A stretch of 64,000 nt of DNA from Felis catus (Eukaryota). Below, piece by piece: positions 13,311-26,772 of this stretch; position 1 is the stretch's first letter, and each line of letters starts with the position of its first letter. The notes beneath the pieces are model-generated. The model saw nothing but the letters and a program-made list of their open reading frames with translations. It was not told where the DNA came from and ran no database searches. The DNA lies in contig NC_058369.1 of assembly GCF_018350175.1 (NCBI RefSeq), positions 25,174,001-25,238,000 on the forward strand, in the 5' to 3' direction. The position numbers were made by a program, and so were the translations under genes.

Positions 13311-15067
13311 AGCCCAGGGCTACTCTGGAAACAGAATCAGTCCTGCCTGCTGTTTTATCTGTGGGAGATCACAGCCATATCATGGATGCTTCAGCCATTC
13401 ATGCATTCGTGACTCTAGGACCATTTACCCACAGTTGCCCATGTGACCAGCTCTGAGAAGACACAGCTCCTGCTATTCATAAAGTAGCTGGGTTCACCTG
13501 GGGAAATTCTCAAAAATGCAGACGTCCAGGCTCCACCACCTGTGATTTGGATTCTGAGGGCCTCACAATCCAGTGGGAAAACCAAAGCAAGGCCTGAAAG
13601 GGAGAGGAATCTGGAAACTGATGGCTAGGCAGGTAGTTCTGACCAAGGGGCTAGGCTTCGGGTGGCTTCAAGGCACAAGGGAGGGAAGATGTTATCCAGC
13701 ATCCACTACACGCCAACCCCTTGACCACTGGCAATATTCACCGCAGCCCTGCAAGAGGACTGTCTTAATCCCCATGGTCCAGATGGCAGCACAGGGCTCA
13801 GAGCAGGTGAAATGGCCTGTTCAAAGTCCTGGTGCCAGCAAGCCTGGGATTTGAACCCCAATAGCCAGAGCACTTGCTCTTTTCACTACCATTCCCTCCT
13901 CCTCCCAAGTCCCAGCCTCAGGGAAGGACACGTCTGTCCACCCACACTGTGAATCCAGAGACCTGAGAGGTGTCCTTGACCCTTCTCTCTTGTTACTCCT
14001 TAGGTACAGTCAGGCCTGGCCCACTGTCCTCCACCTCCTTCTCTTGAATTCAACGTCTAGTACCACTAACCGAGTCCATGATGACCTGTGGTATTTAAAA
14101 TACAAGCCCAGTCAGCCAGGTCACTCCTTGGCTTAATCCTCTGCAAGGCCTCCTCACAGGCCTTAAGTTACAAATCCTTCCCCCAGGTTTGCTGCAGGGC
14201 CTTCCAGAGTATCCTCTCCGTTCCCCTCGCTCTAGCTCCTTCAGCTCAGAGGCCTTTAGCAACCTCCCAGGAACACCAGATAGGTCCCCAGCTTCCTCCA
14301 GAAGGCAAGGCCACAGAGCAGGGGTAGCTCTGTCTATGGCTGAGCCCCTGGGGACACAGTAGGGGTATGTGTGGTGGGGGTAGAGGGTGGTTGTTGACCG
14401 GCCACGGGACTTTGCAGCTGGTCTGAGGCCCAGGTATGGTGGTGGCAGAGAAGCCATGGAGTCAGAGACTGGGCAGACAGGCCAGGGCCAGACTGGGACA
14501 GGAAGGCTGTGAACACCACAGAAAGGAGCTAGGACCTAAGCCTGGGGGCAGCCAAAGAGGCTCTTGGAAGCAGGGGGGTAATACGACCAAATTCACGTGT
14601 ACACACTATTGGTAGAATTACTTCCTCTCTTCTCTTTGAAAGGCATTTTGCCGATAACCACCAAAATTTAAAATCTGCATGCCCTACTGATCCAGTAATT
14701 CCAAGTCTATCAAGGATGCTCACCGTAGGATCCTTCTATATTGGCAAAAAAGAAACAGTGACCTAACCAGCAAACTGGAGAATAAACTATAGCAGGCATG
14801 TCCACAGTCCCTCTTCCCATCTTGGAGCTGGATGTGCTTCAGAATTCATAATGTTTGCACATTAGAAAGGTAATACAAAGTGTATACACTATGTTCTGTA
14901 AGAAACCAGCAGGGTGAGGTGTGACATCCATAGTCAAATCCATAAGTACATCTGCAGGTGTACATGTGACTATTCTGCCACATACTATAAATAGCCTCCT
15001 ATTAACTCAGGTCAGGTTTGCTCATCAAATGAGTTTGCACTAAACTTTTTTAAAGGCATGCAGTTTT

Positions 15068-15202
15068 GTGGGGGGTGGGGGGGTGTTTTTTTTTTTGTTG
15101 TTGTCATTTATTTAAGTAGGCTTGAACTTACAACCCTGAGATCAAGACTTAAGCTGAGATCAAGAGTCGGACCCTTAACTGACCGAGCCAGCCAGGTGTC
15201 CC
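15068..15202 (-). mobile_element. Short old-type CAN-SINE
   Basis: 16-bp TSD aaaggcatgcagtttt. Internal duplication of ctgagatcaaga. Confidence 0.85.
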
Positions 15203-15716
15203 AAAAGGCATGCAGTTTTTTGATGCTTATACTGTTCCAACCAGCCAGCCCGTGGAACTGGAAATGAAGCATGGCCTTCTCCTGTCAGAAGGACACCTGC
15301 AAGAGCACCCAATCCCAGAGCCAGAGACCCTCTGGAGCATATACCATGCCCCAGGGGCACCGAGGGCCATTCACACACCATGCCCTGGGACACTGAGGGC
15401 CATTCAGCTCAAAGATCTGTCCCAGCAGGGCCAACTGGCTGCCACAGGCAATCTACAGAACAAGCTTTAATTTGTTGTTGAGGATCAGCCCAGGGTGTGT
15501 GTGCTGAGTGATGTGCCCGGGCAGACAAAGGCAGGTTCCACTTCCTCGGCTGGATCCTCTCTAACCTATCTGGTTAACACCAGCCACCACCATCGTTTAA
15601 TCCTGGGCTTCAGGGAACACTAGCCAATAGGCAGGTTCCCTCCCTTTCCAGGTTGGGACATTACAGGGAGTCCGAGGAAAGCACCAGATAGATGCACCTC
15701 TCCTTTAAACAGCATC

Positions 15717-15947
15717 GGAGCGCCTGGGTGGCTCAGTCGGTTAAGCGTCTGACTTCAGCTCAGGTCATGATCTTGCGGTTGTCTAGTTCAAGTCCCGCAT
15801 TGGGCTCTGTGCTGACAGCTCAGAGCCTGGAGCCTGTTTCAGATTCTGTGTCTCCCTCTCTCTCTGCCCCTCCCCTGTTCATGCTCTGTCTCTTTCTGTC
15901 TCAAAAATAAATAAATGTTAAAAAAAAAAATTAAAAAAAAAAAAAAA
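15717..15947 (+). mobile_element. Felid CAN-SINE
   Basis: Full structure, TSD-like aaacagca. Confidence 0.9.
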
Positions 15948-17035
15948 CAGCACCACAATTAGGAAAGGCCACCCTCCCTCTCAAGAGCTGATCTTATCTG
16001 CCAGGTAAGGACCATGCCAGCAGCCAGTGGTGGTTATTGCTCACACTGCAGAGTGTGAGGGGGGATGGGTGAGGACCAGAAGGAACACACAGGAGCAGCA
16101 GGTGCTGCCAGCACAGGGTGGGGGTTGGGGGAGAAGGGTTGGGGGCAGGGAGGAAGAGCTCTATCACAGGGAGAACTCAGGCCTCCCCTCCAGCCTGCCC
16201 TGGCCTCTGACACTGCTTCATTCCCTCCAGCCCTCCTCCAAGGACTCTAGAAAAAGACTACCAGGCATTTTTTTTTCCAATGTATACATCAATAAAATCG
16301 TTTGTGACACACATAAACTACACAAATCTTAAGTGTACGACGCAATAATGTTTTTACATATTTATACTTCCATGTACTCACCAACCAAATCAAAATATAA
16401 AACATTTCCAGCCCCCTAGAAGGTTTCACCATGCCCCTCCCAAAGGCTCTTTTACATTATTGCAGTGTATTCTGCTTGGATATGCAATTTGCTCACCCGT
16501 ATGGCTGTTTATGGGCATTTGGGTTACTTCCATGTTTTGGTAATGATGAATAAAGCTACTATGATCATTCATGTCCAAGTCCTTGGGCGTTCATATGCAC
16601 TCACTTCTCTTGGGTATACATGTAGGAGTAGAACTGCTGTAGCACAGGTAGGCATATGTTTAGCTTTGGTAGACACTGCCAAAATGACTTTCCAAAGTGG
16701 TTGTACCAATCCCTACCCCTACCAGCAGTATGTGAGGGTTCCAGCTGCTCCATATCTTTAACAACACTCTTATTGTCCAGTCTTTTTCATCTAGCCATTC
16801 TGGATGCATATACAGTATTATCTCATTGTGGTTAAAATTTTCTGATGACTCCTGAGGCTAAGCACCTTTCCATATGTTTATTGGTCATTTGGAATCCTCG
16901 TTGGTGACATGTTTGCTCAAGTCTTTCGCCTTTTTTATATTGGGTTGTCTGTTTCTTATTGGTTCAGAGAAGTTCTTTATATATTCTAGATATGAATCTT
17001 TTGTTGGACATATGTATTTCAAATATCTTTTCCCA

Positions 17036-17161
17036 GGAGCACCTGGGTGGCTCAGTCGGTTAAGTGTCCGACTTCGGCTCAAGTCATGATCTCACGGTCC
17101 ATGAATTCGAGCCCCGTGTCAGGCTCTGTGCTGACAGCTCTGAGCCTAGAGCCTGCTTCAG

Positions 17162-17217
<56 letters not shown>

Positions 17218-17281
17218 CTTCCCCTGCTCATGCTCTGTCTCTGTCTCAAAAATAAACATTTTAAAAAATTTAAAAAAAAAA
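17036..17281 (+). mobile_element. Felid CAN-SINE with expanded (CT)n
   Basis: Full structure. Confidence 0.9.
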
Positions 17282-17424
17282 CTTCTCCAAGACTGCAGTT
17301 TGCTTCTTTACTCTTTTAATAGGGTCTTTTGATAAAGAGTTCTCAATTTTAATGAAGTACAATTTATAAATTTTTTCCTTTATGATAGTGCTTTTCATGG
17401 TCTTGTCTAAGAAATCTGTGTCTT

Positions 17425-17644
17425 GGGGTGCCTGGGTGGCGCAGTTTTAACCAACTTCAGCCAGGTCACGATCTCGCGGTCCGTGAGTTCGAGCCCTGCG
17501 TCAGGCTCTGGGCTGATGGCTCGGAGCCTGGAGCCTGTTTCCGATTCTGTGTCTCCCTCTCTCTCTGCCCCTCCCCCGTTCATGCTCTGTCTCTCTCTGT
17601 CCCAAAAATAAATAAACGTTGAAAAAAAAATTAAAAAAAAAAAA
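17425..17644 (+). mobile_element. Young felid CAN-SINE with a rearranged head
   Basis: 15-bp TSD aagaaatctgtgtct. Head reads cagttttaaccaac instead of cagtcggttaagcgtccgac. Confidence 0.92.
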
Positions 17645-18678
17645 AAGAAATCTGTGTCTAGCCTAATTTTCATTCTTCTCTATTATCTTCTAGAAGCTCT
17701 ACTGATTTGCCTTCCACATTTAGGTCCTCGACTCATCTCCAGTTATTTTTATATATGGTATGAGGTGGGGTGGCTGGCGTGTACTTTAAGTTCTTTAAGC
17801 GTGACCACAAACCAGACACACAAGAAGGACCAATCGCTGTCACCTCCAGAGGAAAATGTGCCTTCCCACACACCCCTAGCCTTTACAGGATTCTACAGAA
17901 GCATCTACAGCCCACAACCCACAGCCCAACAGAGTTCAGATGTACATGTCCCTATCATTTGAGAGAATTTCTAGACACAATATACAAAGCACTCTCATCT
18001 CATGGGAAGCTTCCACAAATTCCCACAAGTCCACTTGACAATTGTGTATAGGTCAAAATCCTTTTAAAGTGCAAAATGATTAAGTAGGAATATGCACAGA
18101 GACAACGTCAGACAGCACCTGGCTGTCAGGTCTGCTGGGTGCCCACTCTCTGCATCTACAGGCTGGAGGTTAGGGAGGCCACAGGGTATGACCAGACATA
18201 GCCTCTGATAGCACCATGCTCACAGCCTGGGGAAGGGACTACGAAAACAAAGGGAAGAGAAAGTGAACAGAGAGAACTGAGGGGAATTCTCCCTTGTAAG
18301 GTTTGAGCCAAGACCTACATGTGGAAAGGAGCTGGCTCTGAGAAGAGAAGGGGTAAGAGCATTCTGGATGGAAGGAATGGCATACTCAAGGGCGGAGAAA
18401 GAACAGAGATTGGGATCTTGCTAGAAGGCATGACAGGGAGTGGCAGAGTGTGTAGCTGAAGGTAAGAAAAGGTTTGGCTTTTTTTCTAAGCAGAACTGGA
18501 ATCCATTGGAGGATTATGCTACATCTCAATTGTCTTGAATATGTATCATACAAGCTCTCTAAGAGGGTGAAGGGCATTCAGTCAACTGGTCTACTTTGAA
18601 ATCCTATCACACGACGGTTCAGGCAGGCAAAGACCCATGAAGACTGCTCTCAGCCTTGAATGTGCTGGTATACACATG

Positions 18679-18681
<3 letters not shown>

Positions 18682-18728
<47 letters not shown>
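18682..18728 (+). repeat. (CA)n microsatellite
   Basis: Seen directly in the sequence. Confidence 0.97.
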
Positions 18729-18729
<1 letters not shown>

Positions 18730-19126
18730 TCCCCCTTGGTGATACCTCAAGCTGAGAACTCTAAATTCCTCCTCCAATCCTGGGTGGGATGGTGTTTACA
18801 TTGCAGACTTTTGCATTTCTGCTCATGGTTTCTCAGCCCTTGTATCAGCTGTAGTTTTACTTGCAATCATGTGACGATTTGATTAATACCTGTTTCCTGA
18901 ATTAGTCTGTCTGTTGACTCCAGAAGGGCAGTTTGAGCCTGTCTTGGCCACCAAGGCCTCCCCAGCACCCAGCATACAGCCTGGCCCAACATAAAAGCTC
19001 AACACTATATATTTTAACTTTTTTGAATGCCAAAGTTCAAACACATACAGAATTAGAAAGACGTGTGCCCATCATACAACTTCAATGGTCAACTCATTCC
19101 TAATCTTATTTCTTCTATACTCCTCC

Positions 19127-19503
19127 TGAAAGGGCGGGCCTACACCGGCTGACTCCATCTTGTTCTGTGTCCTTCACCTAGACCACGCCTCCTCCCCTTG
19201 AGTAACCTCCCTCTCACCCAAACTTCCTGATCAAAACACGCCCAGTGACCTGCGAAACAGGACTCTGACCGTTCCCCAGCCAATCGACCGAGGCCACGCC
19301 CCTTCCCCAGCCAATCGGCTGCCCCTAGACCCCTATAAAACCTTTGTGCTTTTGAAACTTGCTCTCTCTCCCTGGTATCTCACCGCTGCGTCGTATGCAG
19401 GCAGGGGATTGAGCTCCAGCTAGCTCGAATAAAGGCTCTTTTGCTTTTGCATCGGACTCGGCTCCCTGGTGGTCTTTGGGGATCACGAATTCTGGGCATA
19501 ACA
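19127..19503 (+). mobile_element. Solo ERV LTR (gammaretrovirus/ERV1-like), 377 bp
   Basis: TGAAAG...TAACA termini, 4-bp TSD ctcc (19123-19126 / 19504-19507), duplicated CCAAT motif, TATAAAA at 19334, AATAAA at 19428. Confidence 0.88.
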
Positions 19504-19819
19504 CTCCCAGTGAAGTAACCTCAACCATATATGGATGGATGAATGAATGCCTCCTAGGCAAAGATTGAGGAGGGGACATCTAAATGAGTCAATTTCACCA
19601 CCAAATTAGCAACTCCGGTAACATTTCAGGAGACCGTATTGAAACTATTGGCTAAAATGAATTTCCTTTTCCCGTATTTACAGGGCTTTAACTTTTCATG
19701 GCTGTCCCTTGCCACATCCCTCAAGAAGTGACTGTAAAACAAGGAAGGCTACATACATATCTCCCATAATCTCTTTTACATAAAAATCTTAAAAAAAAAA
19801 AACAAATTTATTTCCATTA

Positions 19820-20893
19820 GGGGCTCCTGGGTGGCTCAGCTGGTTGAGCATCAGACTTCAGATTAGGACATGATCTCATGGTTTGTGAATTTGAGCCCTG
19901 CATCAGGCTAGCTACTGTCAGTGCAGAACCTGCTTTAGATCCCCTGTCCCCCCCTTCCCCTCCCCCCCCAAAAATAAAATAAAATAAAATAAAATAAACA
20001 TTAAAAAAAAAAAAAGAACCAAGGGGCGCCTGGGTGGCTCAGTCGGTTGAGCATCAGACTTCAGATTAGGACATGATCTCATGGTTTGTGAATTTGAGCC
20101 CTGCATCAGGCTAGCTACTGTCAGTGCAGAACCTGCTTTAGATCCCCTGTCCCCCCCTTCCCCTCCCCCCCCAAAAATAAAATAAAATAAAATAAACATT
20201 AAAAAAAAAAAAAGAACCAAGGGGCGCCTGGGTGGCTCAGTCGGTTGAGCATCAGACTTCAGATTAGGACATGATCTCATGGTTTGTGAATTTGAGCCCT
20301 GCATCAGGCTAGCTACTGTCAGTGCAGAACCTGCTTTAGATCCCCTGTCCCCCCCTTCCCCTCCCCCCCCAAAAATAAAATAAAATAAAATAAACATTAA
20401 AAAAAAAAAAAGAACCAAGGGGCGCCTGGGTGGCTCAGTCGGTTGAGCATCAGACTTCAGATTAGGACATGATTTCATGGTTTGTGAATTTGAGCCCTGC
20501 ATCAGGCTAGCTACTGTCAGTGCAGAACCTGCTTTAGATCCCCTGTCCCCCCCTTCCCCTCCCCCCCCAAAAATAAAATAAAATAAAATTAAATTAAATT
20601 AAAATAATAAAATAAAATAAAATAAATAAAATAAAATAAAATAAAATAAAATAAAATAAAATAAACGTTAAAAAAAAAAAAAGAACCAAGGGGCGCCTGG
20701 GTGGCTCAGTCGGTTGAGCATCAGACTTCAGATTAGGACATGATCTCATGGTTTGTGAATTTGAGCCCTGCATCAGGCTAGCTACTGTCAGTGCAGAACC
20801 TGCTTTAGATCCCCTGTCCCCCCCTTCCCCTCCCCCCCCAAAAATAAAATAAAATAAAATAAAATAAACATTAAAAAAAAAAAAAAGAACCAA
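19820..20893 (+). repeat. Tandem array of five near-identical CAN-SINE units (~200 bp)
   Basis: Units start at 19820, 20023, 20221, 20419 and 20690. Each ends in (AAAAT)n...aaaagaaccaa. Confidence 0.95.
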
Positions 20894-21109
20894 GGGGCGC
20901 CTGGGTGGCTCAGTCGGTTGGGCGCCCGACTTCGGCTCAGGTCATGATCTCGCGGTCCGTGGGTTCGAGCCCCGCGTTGGGCTCTGTGCTGACAGCTCAG
21001 AGCCTGGAGCCTGTTTCGGATTCTGTGTCTCCCTCTCTCTCTGCCCCTGCCCTGCTCGCACTCTGTCTTTGTCTCTCTCAAAAATAAACATCAAAAAAAA
21101 TTAAAAAAG
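20894..21109 (+). mobile_element. Younger felid CAN-SINE inserted in the tail of the array
   Basis: Full SINE with (CT)n and A-tail. TSD aaaagaaccaa on both sides. Confidence 0.9.
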
Positions 21110-22404
21110 AAAAGAACCAAGAAAAAAAATTATTTCCATAAAACAAGGCATGTCTTTTACACACAGAAAAGTAACACCTTGTTAATGAATACTATAGTTT
21201 GCTCCCTCCTGGGGCAATCTCTGTTACTCCCTATTTTATCTATTGTAATGTTTATGGTAACTTGTTCCCAATGAGCCTGGTCTTTTTGAAATGCCAATGC
21301 AGTGTTACAAACTCTGGACGGAACTGTCACGACTCTGATACCCCTAATCTCGCACAGTGAGTGGCACTCAGTACTCAGTGAGTGCTTACTGTCATTCACT
21401 TTTCTAGGTCCCAAAGGGACTCATAAGAATGACCTGAAATGTTAGAATGCAACCATATTTAATATGTTTTAATTGTAAAATATGTTCTCTGTATTTTCTT
21501 TTTTCCATAAGCATAAGGAAAAATTATGAAATTTCTCTCTAAACCTATGACCCAGAGATAGCTCACCTTTTGGAGTCCAACCTTCCATGAGCAGGTGTGT
21601 GTGTGTGTGTGCACAAGTGTGGGTGTATACATTGGCATGGTTACAAATCCAGGCTCCTGAATCTCTGCCCTTTGCAGCCTGGGGGCCTCAGGCAGTTGCT
21701 TCACCCCATTAGCCAATTTCCTCTTCTGTAAAACAGGGCTAATAGGACTAGCTGATGGGATGAAGCAGAGGCGTGAAAGAGATAAAGTGTGCAGAGCCCT
21801 GAGCCAGGCAGGTCCACACCAAGTGCGCCACGGGTGTAGCTACTGCATAGTAGCTTTTGTTTTCCAAAGGAGGTGCAAAAGAACTCTGGGCAGCTTCTAG
21901 CTTCTGCTGGGGAGCCTTCCTAATGGCCTGCATGGCAAGTGGGTACATCTGGCTGCACCTCACAGGGGGAAGCCGAGTTGGAGAGGGCATGCACCTGGAG
22001 GAAGCTCAGGGCAGCAGTGGCCTCTGAGTCACAGCCCAGCCCCTCCCTGCCACATCCCTTTGTTCTCTGGGGTTGAGCTGTGACTCACAAGGGCTCCAGT
22101 CCTGGGCTGAGCCCATCTGACCCAAGGATCCGACTGGCCTGCCCACAATCACTAAGAACACTCTGTCTGTGCACACTGGCAGGCTGACTTGTTCCTGCCA
22201 CACCAGATCCCCGCCTGCAGCAGCAGATCTTAGAGGGACACTCCGGGCCCTTGTGAGTGGTTTTACCGGCCACCCCCACCTCTCACCAGCACCTCTTTTT
22301 TGCTGTCTGCTCCATTTTGATTTAACTTTAACCTGTGAGGAAAAAGTCCAGGAGACTCGTTGTGACATTCACACCCATTTCACACCCTCTGACTCCTCTG
22401 ACAC

Positions 22405-22913
22405 TTTTTTGTTATTATAGGAAAATACACATAAAATTTACCACTTTAACCGTTTTTAAGTGTATAATTCAGTGGCATTAAGTGTATTCACAGTGTTGTA
22501 CAACCATCACCACCATCTGCCTCCAAAACTTGTCCATCATCCCAAACAGAAGCTCTGACCCCAATAAATAATAAATAACTCCCCATTCTCCCCTCCCCTG
22601 ACTCCTGGTAACTTTTAGTCTATTTTCTGTCACTATGAACCTGCCATTCTAGGAAGAAGTGGAATCACACAGTATCTGTTCTTTTGTGTCTGGCTTATTT
22701 CACTCATCATGTTTTCAAGGGTCATCCATGTTGAAACAGGTGTGAGAATTTCCTCCCTTTCCATGGCCAGTAATACTCCATCGTACATAACTACACATTT
22801 TGTGTATCCATTCATCTACCAGCAGACACTTGGGTTGTTTCCACTTTTTAGCTTCTGTGAATAACGCTGCTATGAATATGGGTGTGCAAGTATCTGTTTG
22901 AGTCCGTGCTTTC
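22405..22913 (-). mobile_element. L1 (L1MB-like) 3' end
   Basis: Typical antisense L1 3' motifs (taaaatttaccactttaaccgtttttaagtgtataattcagtggcattaag). Confidence 0.75.
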
Positions 22914-23919
22914 AAAACAGTTTCCTGAGGTGGAGTGTGATTATTTTCATCCTCATTTTATAGGCAAGGAAGCTGCGATTACCCCTGTCAGAGGGCAGTG
23001 CTATGCCTCCGAACCCAGGCAGATGACACTGTTACATTGTTTCTCCAGTGTGACAAAGAAATGGAGCTGTTTCTGCCCACATGCATTTGCTGCCCTGAAC
23101 AATGCCTGACTTAGGTCTGTATCATCCTTCCTTGCTCTGACCTAGGAACAACCAAAAAAGGGTATGGGGGGATGGTCCCCTGGTTGGATTTATCTAAACT
23201 CACTCCTTGCAGTGAGAAATCCAACTCCATCTAGATTGGTGAAAAGGGGGATTTGTTGAAAGGATACTGGAACAGCTCAGTCAAGACACTGGATCCAAAG
23301 ATGATGTGCCCAACCTTTTCCTCACACTGTCCCCACTGCAACCCTGGGAACCTGTCCTTACTGCCCTGGACCCAGTGCCTCTGAGCATCTTCTCTGCCGC
23401 TTCTAAGCAAGTTAGGGTGAGCTGGGAGAAGCCCATGGCCTGGCTTGGCTGTACCTATATGGGGCCCTAAGCCAATCACCACAGCCAGGGGGTGGAGACC
23501 ACTATGGGCCCAGCCTGGGCCACGGCCCCCACCCAGCCTCGGGAGAATGGGGACTCCTTCCAGGGGAGAAGGAGGGAGGCATGGCAAACGTCCAACACAG
23601 ACACTCATGGTGGTGTAATCTACAATAGCAACAAATTGGAAGCTGTCCAATAGTAATGAACAAAACAAGGTTAAATAAATCAAGTTGCTACATCCACACA
23701 GTGAAACATTATGTAGCTATTTAACAAGTAATAATCATGAAGATTGCCTAGCAACTTTAAAAAAAAAAGAGGTCTGTACAGGAATGCCTGGTGGGAAAAG
23801 ACAGAAGACACAGGCACACATAACCTACCTATATGAACAATTCACAGGTAAGAAAAATGCAGGCAAGAGTTGTATCATAATGGTAGAATCATAAATGACT
23901 TTTTATCTCTATTTTCCCA

Positions 23920-25700
23920 ACTATCATTTATTGTTTCAACAAATATTTACTGAGTGTCCTACCTGGTGGGAAGCGGGGTGCTAGGGATACATCAGGGAGG
24001 AAAACAGAAGAAAAAACCTTGTCCTTGTGGAATCTACATTCCAGTGTGGGAAGCAGACAAAAAAAAAAAAAAAAAAAAAAAAAAACCCAAGATGAATAAG
24101 CAAAATATCCTCTACGTCAGATAGTGATAGGAGTAAGGAGACAAAATAAATCAAGGAAGAGAGAGAGGGGAATTGGGGAGAGTGGTAATAGTTTAGACAT
24201 GACAGTTAGGGAAGGTGGTGTCTGAGTAAAGGCTGAAGGAAGTGAGGGACTAAATTATGCCAAAGTCAGGAGAAGAAAAATCCCAGCAGAGGGAACAGGG
24301 AACAGGAAGCACAAAGGTTCTGGGGTATTCAATTAGAGGAGAGCGCTGAGGCTGATGTGACCAGGCTAGGATAATGAGGGGAAGAACAAACTAAGGAAGG
24401 AGATGAACACAGCCAGATCATGGGGGTCCTGTAGGCCACTGGGGGACATTAGCTTCTGCTGTGGGAGAAGATGGGAGCCCTTCGAGGGTTTTAAGCAAAA
24501 GGGTGGCAATCTCCCCTCCACCCCCCGCTTTAGGAGGATCCCTCTGGCTGTGAATTGAGAACAAGCTGGAAGGAGGGAAGGTCAGAGGCTGGGAGACCAG
24601 CAAAGAGATCGACATACTCACTCAGATGAGAGGGGAGAGTAGCTTGGACAATGGGTAAACAGTGGCCACATGCTGGCTATATTTTGAAAGTATGCACAGT
24701 GGGATTTTCTGATAAGTGCAGAGATAAAAGATATAAGGGTCAAAGATGACACCCCAAGCTTTGGGTCTGAACCATCAGAAGGATGGAGTCACTGATAACT
24801 GACATGTGGGAAGAGGACCAGGAGAGTAAGGTGCCCTGGAAGCCAGGTGAAGAAAGCGCTTCAAGAAAGAGAACATGACCACCAGTGGCCAACGCAGCTG
24901 GTCACCAGGCTGGGTGGGTGCAGAGAATAAGCGATGGGGATGAGCAACGTGGCAGTCAGCAGGAGATGTTCATGAGGGGAACCTAAGCCTGCTGGGTTTC
25001 ATGGGTTCACGGAAGAATGGAACAGCAGCAGAATTCCAATAGCCAAAAGGTGGGAACAACCCAACTGTCCTTCAATGGATGCATGCAGAAACAAAGTGTG
25101 GTATATACATACCATGGAGTATTATTCAGCCTTAATGACACCTGCTGTAACATAAATGAACCTTGAAGACATTATGCTGAGTGAAATAAGCCAGTCACAC
25201 ACACAAAAGACAAACACTGCCTTATTTGTATTGATGCCATTTACATGAGGTATCTAGAGTCAGTAAATTCATAGAGACAGAAAGTGGAGTGGTAGTTACC
25301 CAGGGCTGGGGGGAGGGAGAAATGGAGAACTGATGGCAACAGAGTTTCCATTTAGTAAGATGAAAAAGTTCTGGAGATTGTTGGATAATAGCGTGAACAT
25401 ACTTAACATTACTGAACTGGACACTTAAAAATGGTCATGATGCTAAGTTTTATGTTATACATATTTTATCACAAGTTTTTTTTTAACAAGTGAGAGAGAC
25501 AGGGAGACAAAAAATTAGAGCAAGCAAGTCCAAACAATTCTTTCAAAAAGTTTTGCTCTAAACTGAAGAGAAATAGGGTCATAACTGGAGGGAGAAGTAA
25601 GGTGACCAGAGTGTTTGGGTTGTGGGGGGTTTTCTTTAAGTTGGGACAAATAACAGCATGTTTGTTTGCTGATGGGACTGATCTGGCAGACAGTGTTCTC
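23920..25700. mobile_element. L2 fragments with an L1 3' end (~25030-25470, +) inserted
   Basis: L2 terminal motif cattt..tcaacaaatatttactgag and a purine-rich body. Inner L1 motifs caatagccaaaaggtgggaacaaccc...cacttaaaaatggt. Confidence 0.6.
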
Positions 25701-26486
25701 AAATGTTTAAATTACTTTCCAAAAAAAAAAAAAAGCTATATTCTGGGCTGATGAAAATGTTTTGGAGTTAAATAGTTGTAATGGCTGCCCAATTTTGTGA
25801 ATATACTAAAAACTGCTAAGTCACACACTTTAAAAGAATCAATTTTATACCTTAATTATACCTTAATAAAAATAAGAGAAAATGAAAAAGATAATAAATT
25901 TAATATTGTCTCGATAACCATGTTCTCATATACAGCCTGAGTTCCCACCCAAACAGCCCCAGGTAGTTCCGGTGGCCAGTGACCCACAGGTTACTTGGTA
26001 GCTTGAGGCATCCAAGAGGGGAGCAAAGTCTTCCAAGTTTAGGCTGAGATACAAATGCTACATCAGCACACACAGTCCCTACAGAAAAATCCACTGAACA
26101 AGCACCCGCTGGCTGGAGATAAATGGCTCTATTTACTTAGGGCCATGAACTCTCAGGTCTCTGGTCTAAAAAAGAAATGTCAGAAAAATCCATTCAAGTC
26201 AAAGCAAGAAAATCTGCACCTGCTACCCCCTCCCATCCGCCAACCCATGCTGTGCTCCTATAACTGCATGGGAACCAGGGACGGGCTTAACTGGCAATCA
26301 ATCATGGGAGAGGGAGTTCTTTCTGAAATGCCCTCCTATTTGTAACAATATCACAGTCCCACTTCCCACTGCATTTTTCGTTTCTTCTGAACAACTTCAA
26401 ACAGTATCTTACTCCCTATTATGCTTAATTTTATGTGTCAACTTGTCTAGACCACAGTGCCCAGATATTGGTCAAAAGTTATTCTA

Positions 26487-26649
26487 GGGGTGCCTGGTGG
26501 CTCAATTGGTTAAGTGTCTGTCTTCAGCTCAGGTCATGATTTCGTGGTTCATGGGTTCAAGCCCTGTGTTGGGCTTTGTGCTGACAGCTCGGAGCTTAGA
26601 ACCTGCTTTGGATTCTGTGTCTCCCTCGCTGTCTGCCCCTCCCCCACTT

Positions 26650-26726
<77 letters not shown>

Positions 26727-26772
26727 CCCTCTCCCTCTCTCTCTTTCTCCCTCAAAAATAAATAAACATTAA
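26487..26772 (+). mobile_element. Felid CAN-SINE with (CT)n(CA)n
   Basis: TSD ttattctag. Confidence 0.9.

Larger units (their letters stand above)
16290..17770 (-). mobile_element. Old L1 (L1M) 3' fragment, interrupted by two SINEs
   Basis: Antisense L1 motifs (ttccaaagtggttgtaccaat, gagggttccagctgctccatatc, tttaatgaagtacaattta). Confidence 0.7.

Noticed and set aside
19820..21109. Regularly spaced repeat array as CRISPR-like, and the 194-aa repetitive ORF 19918..20502
   Set aside because: The units are whole SINE copies with no unique spacers, there are no cas genes, and the DNA is mammalian. The ORF is a by-product of the 198-bp unit length.
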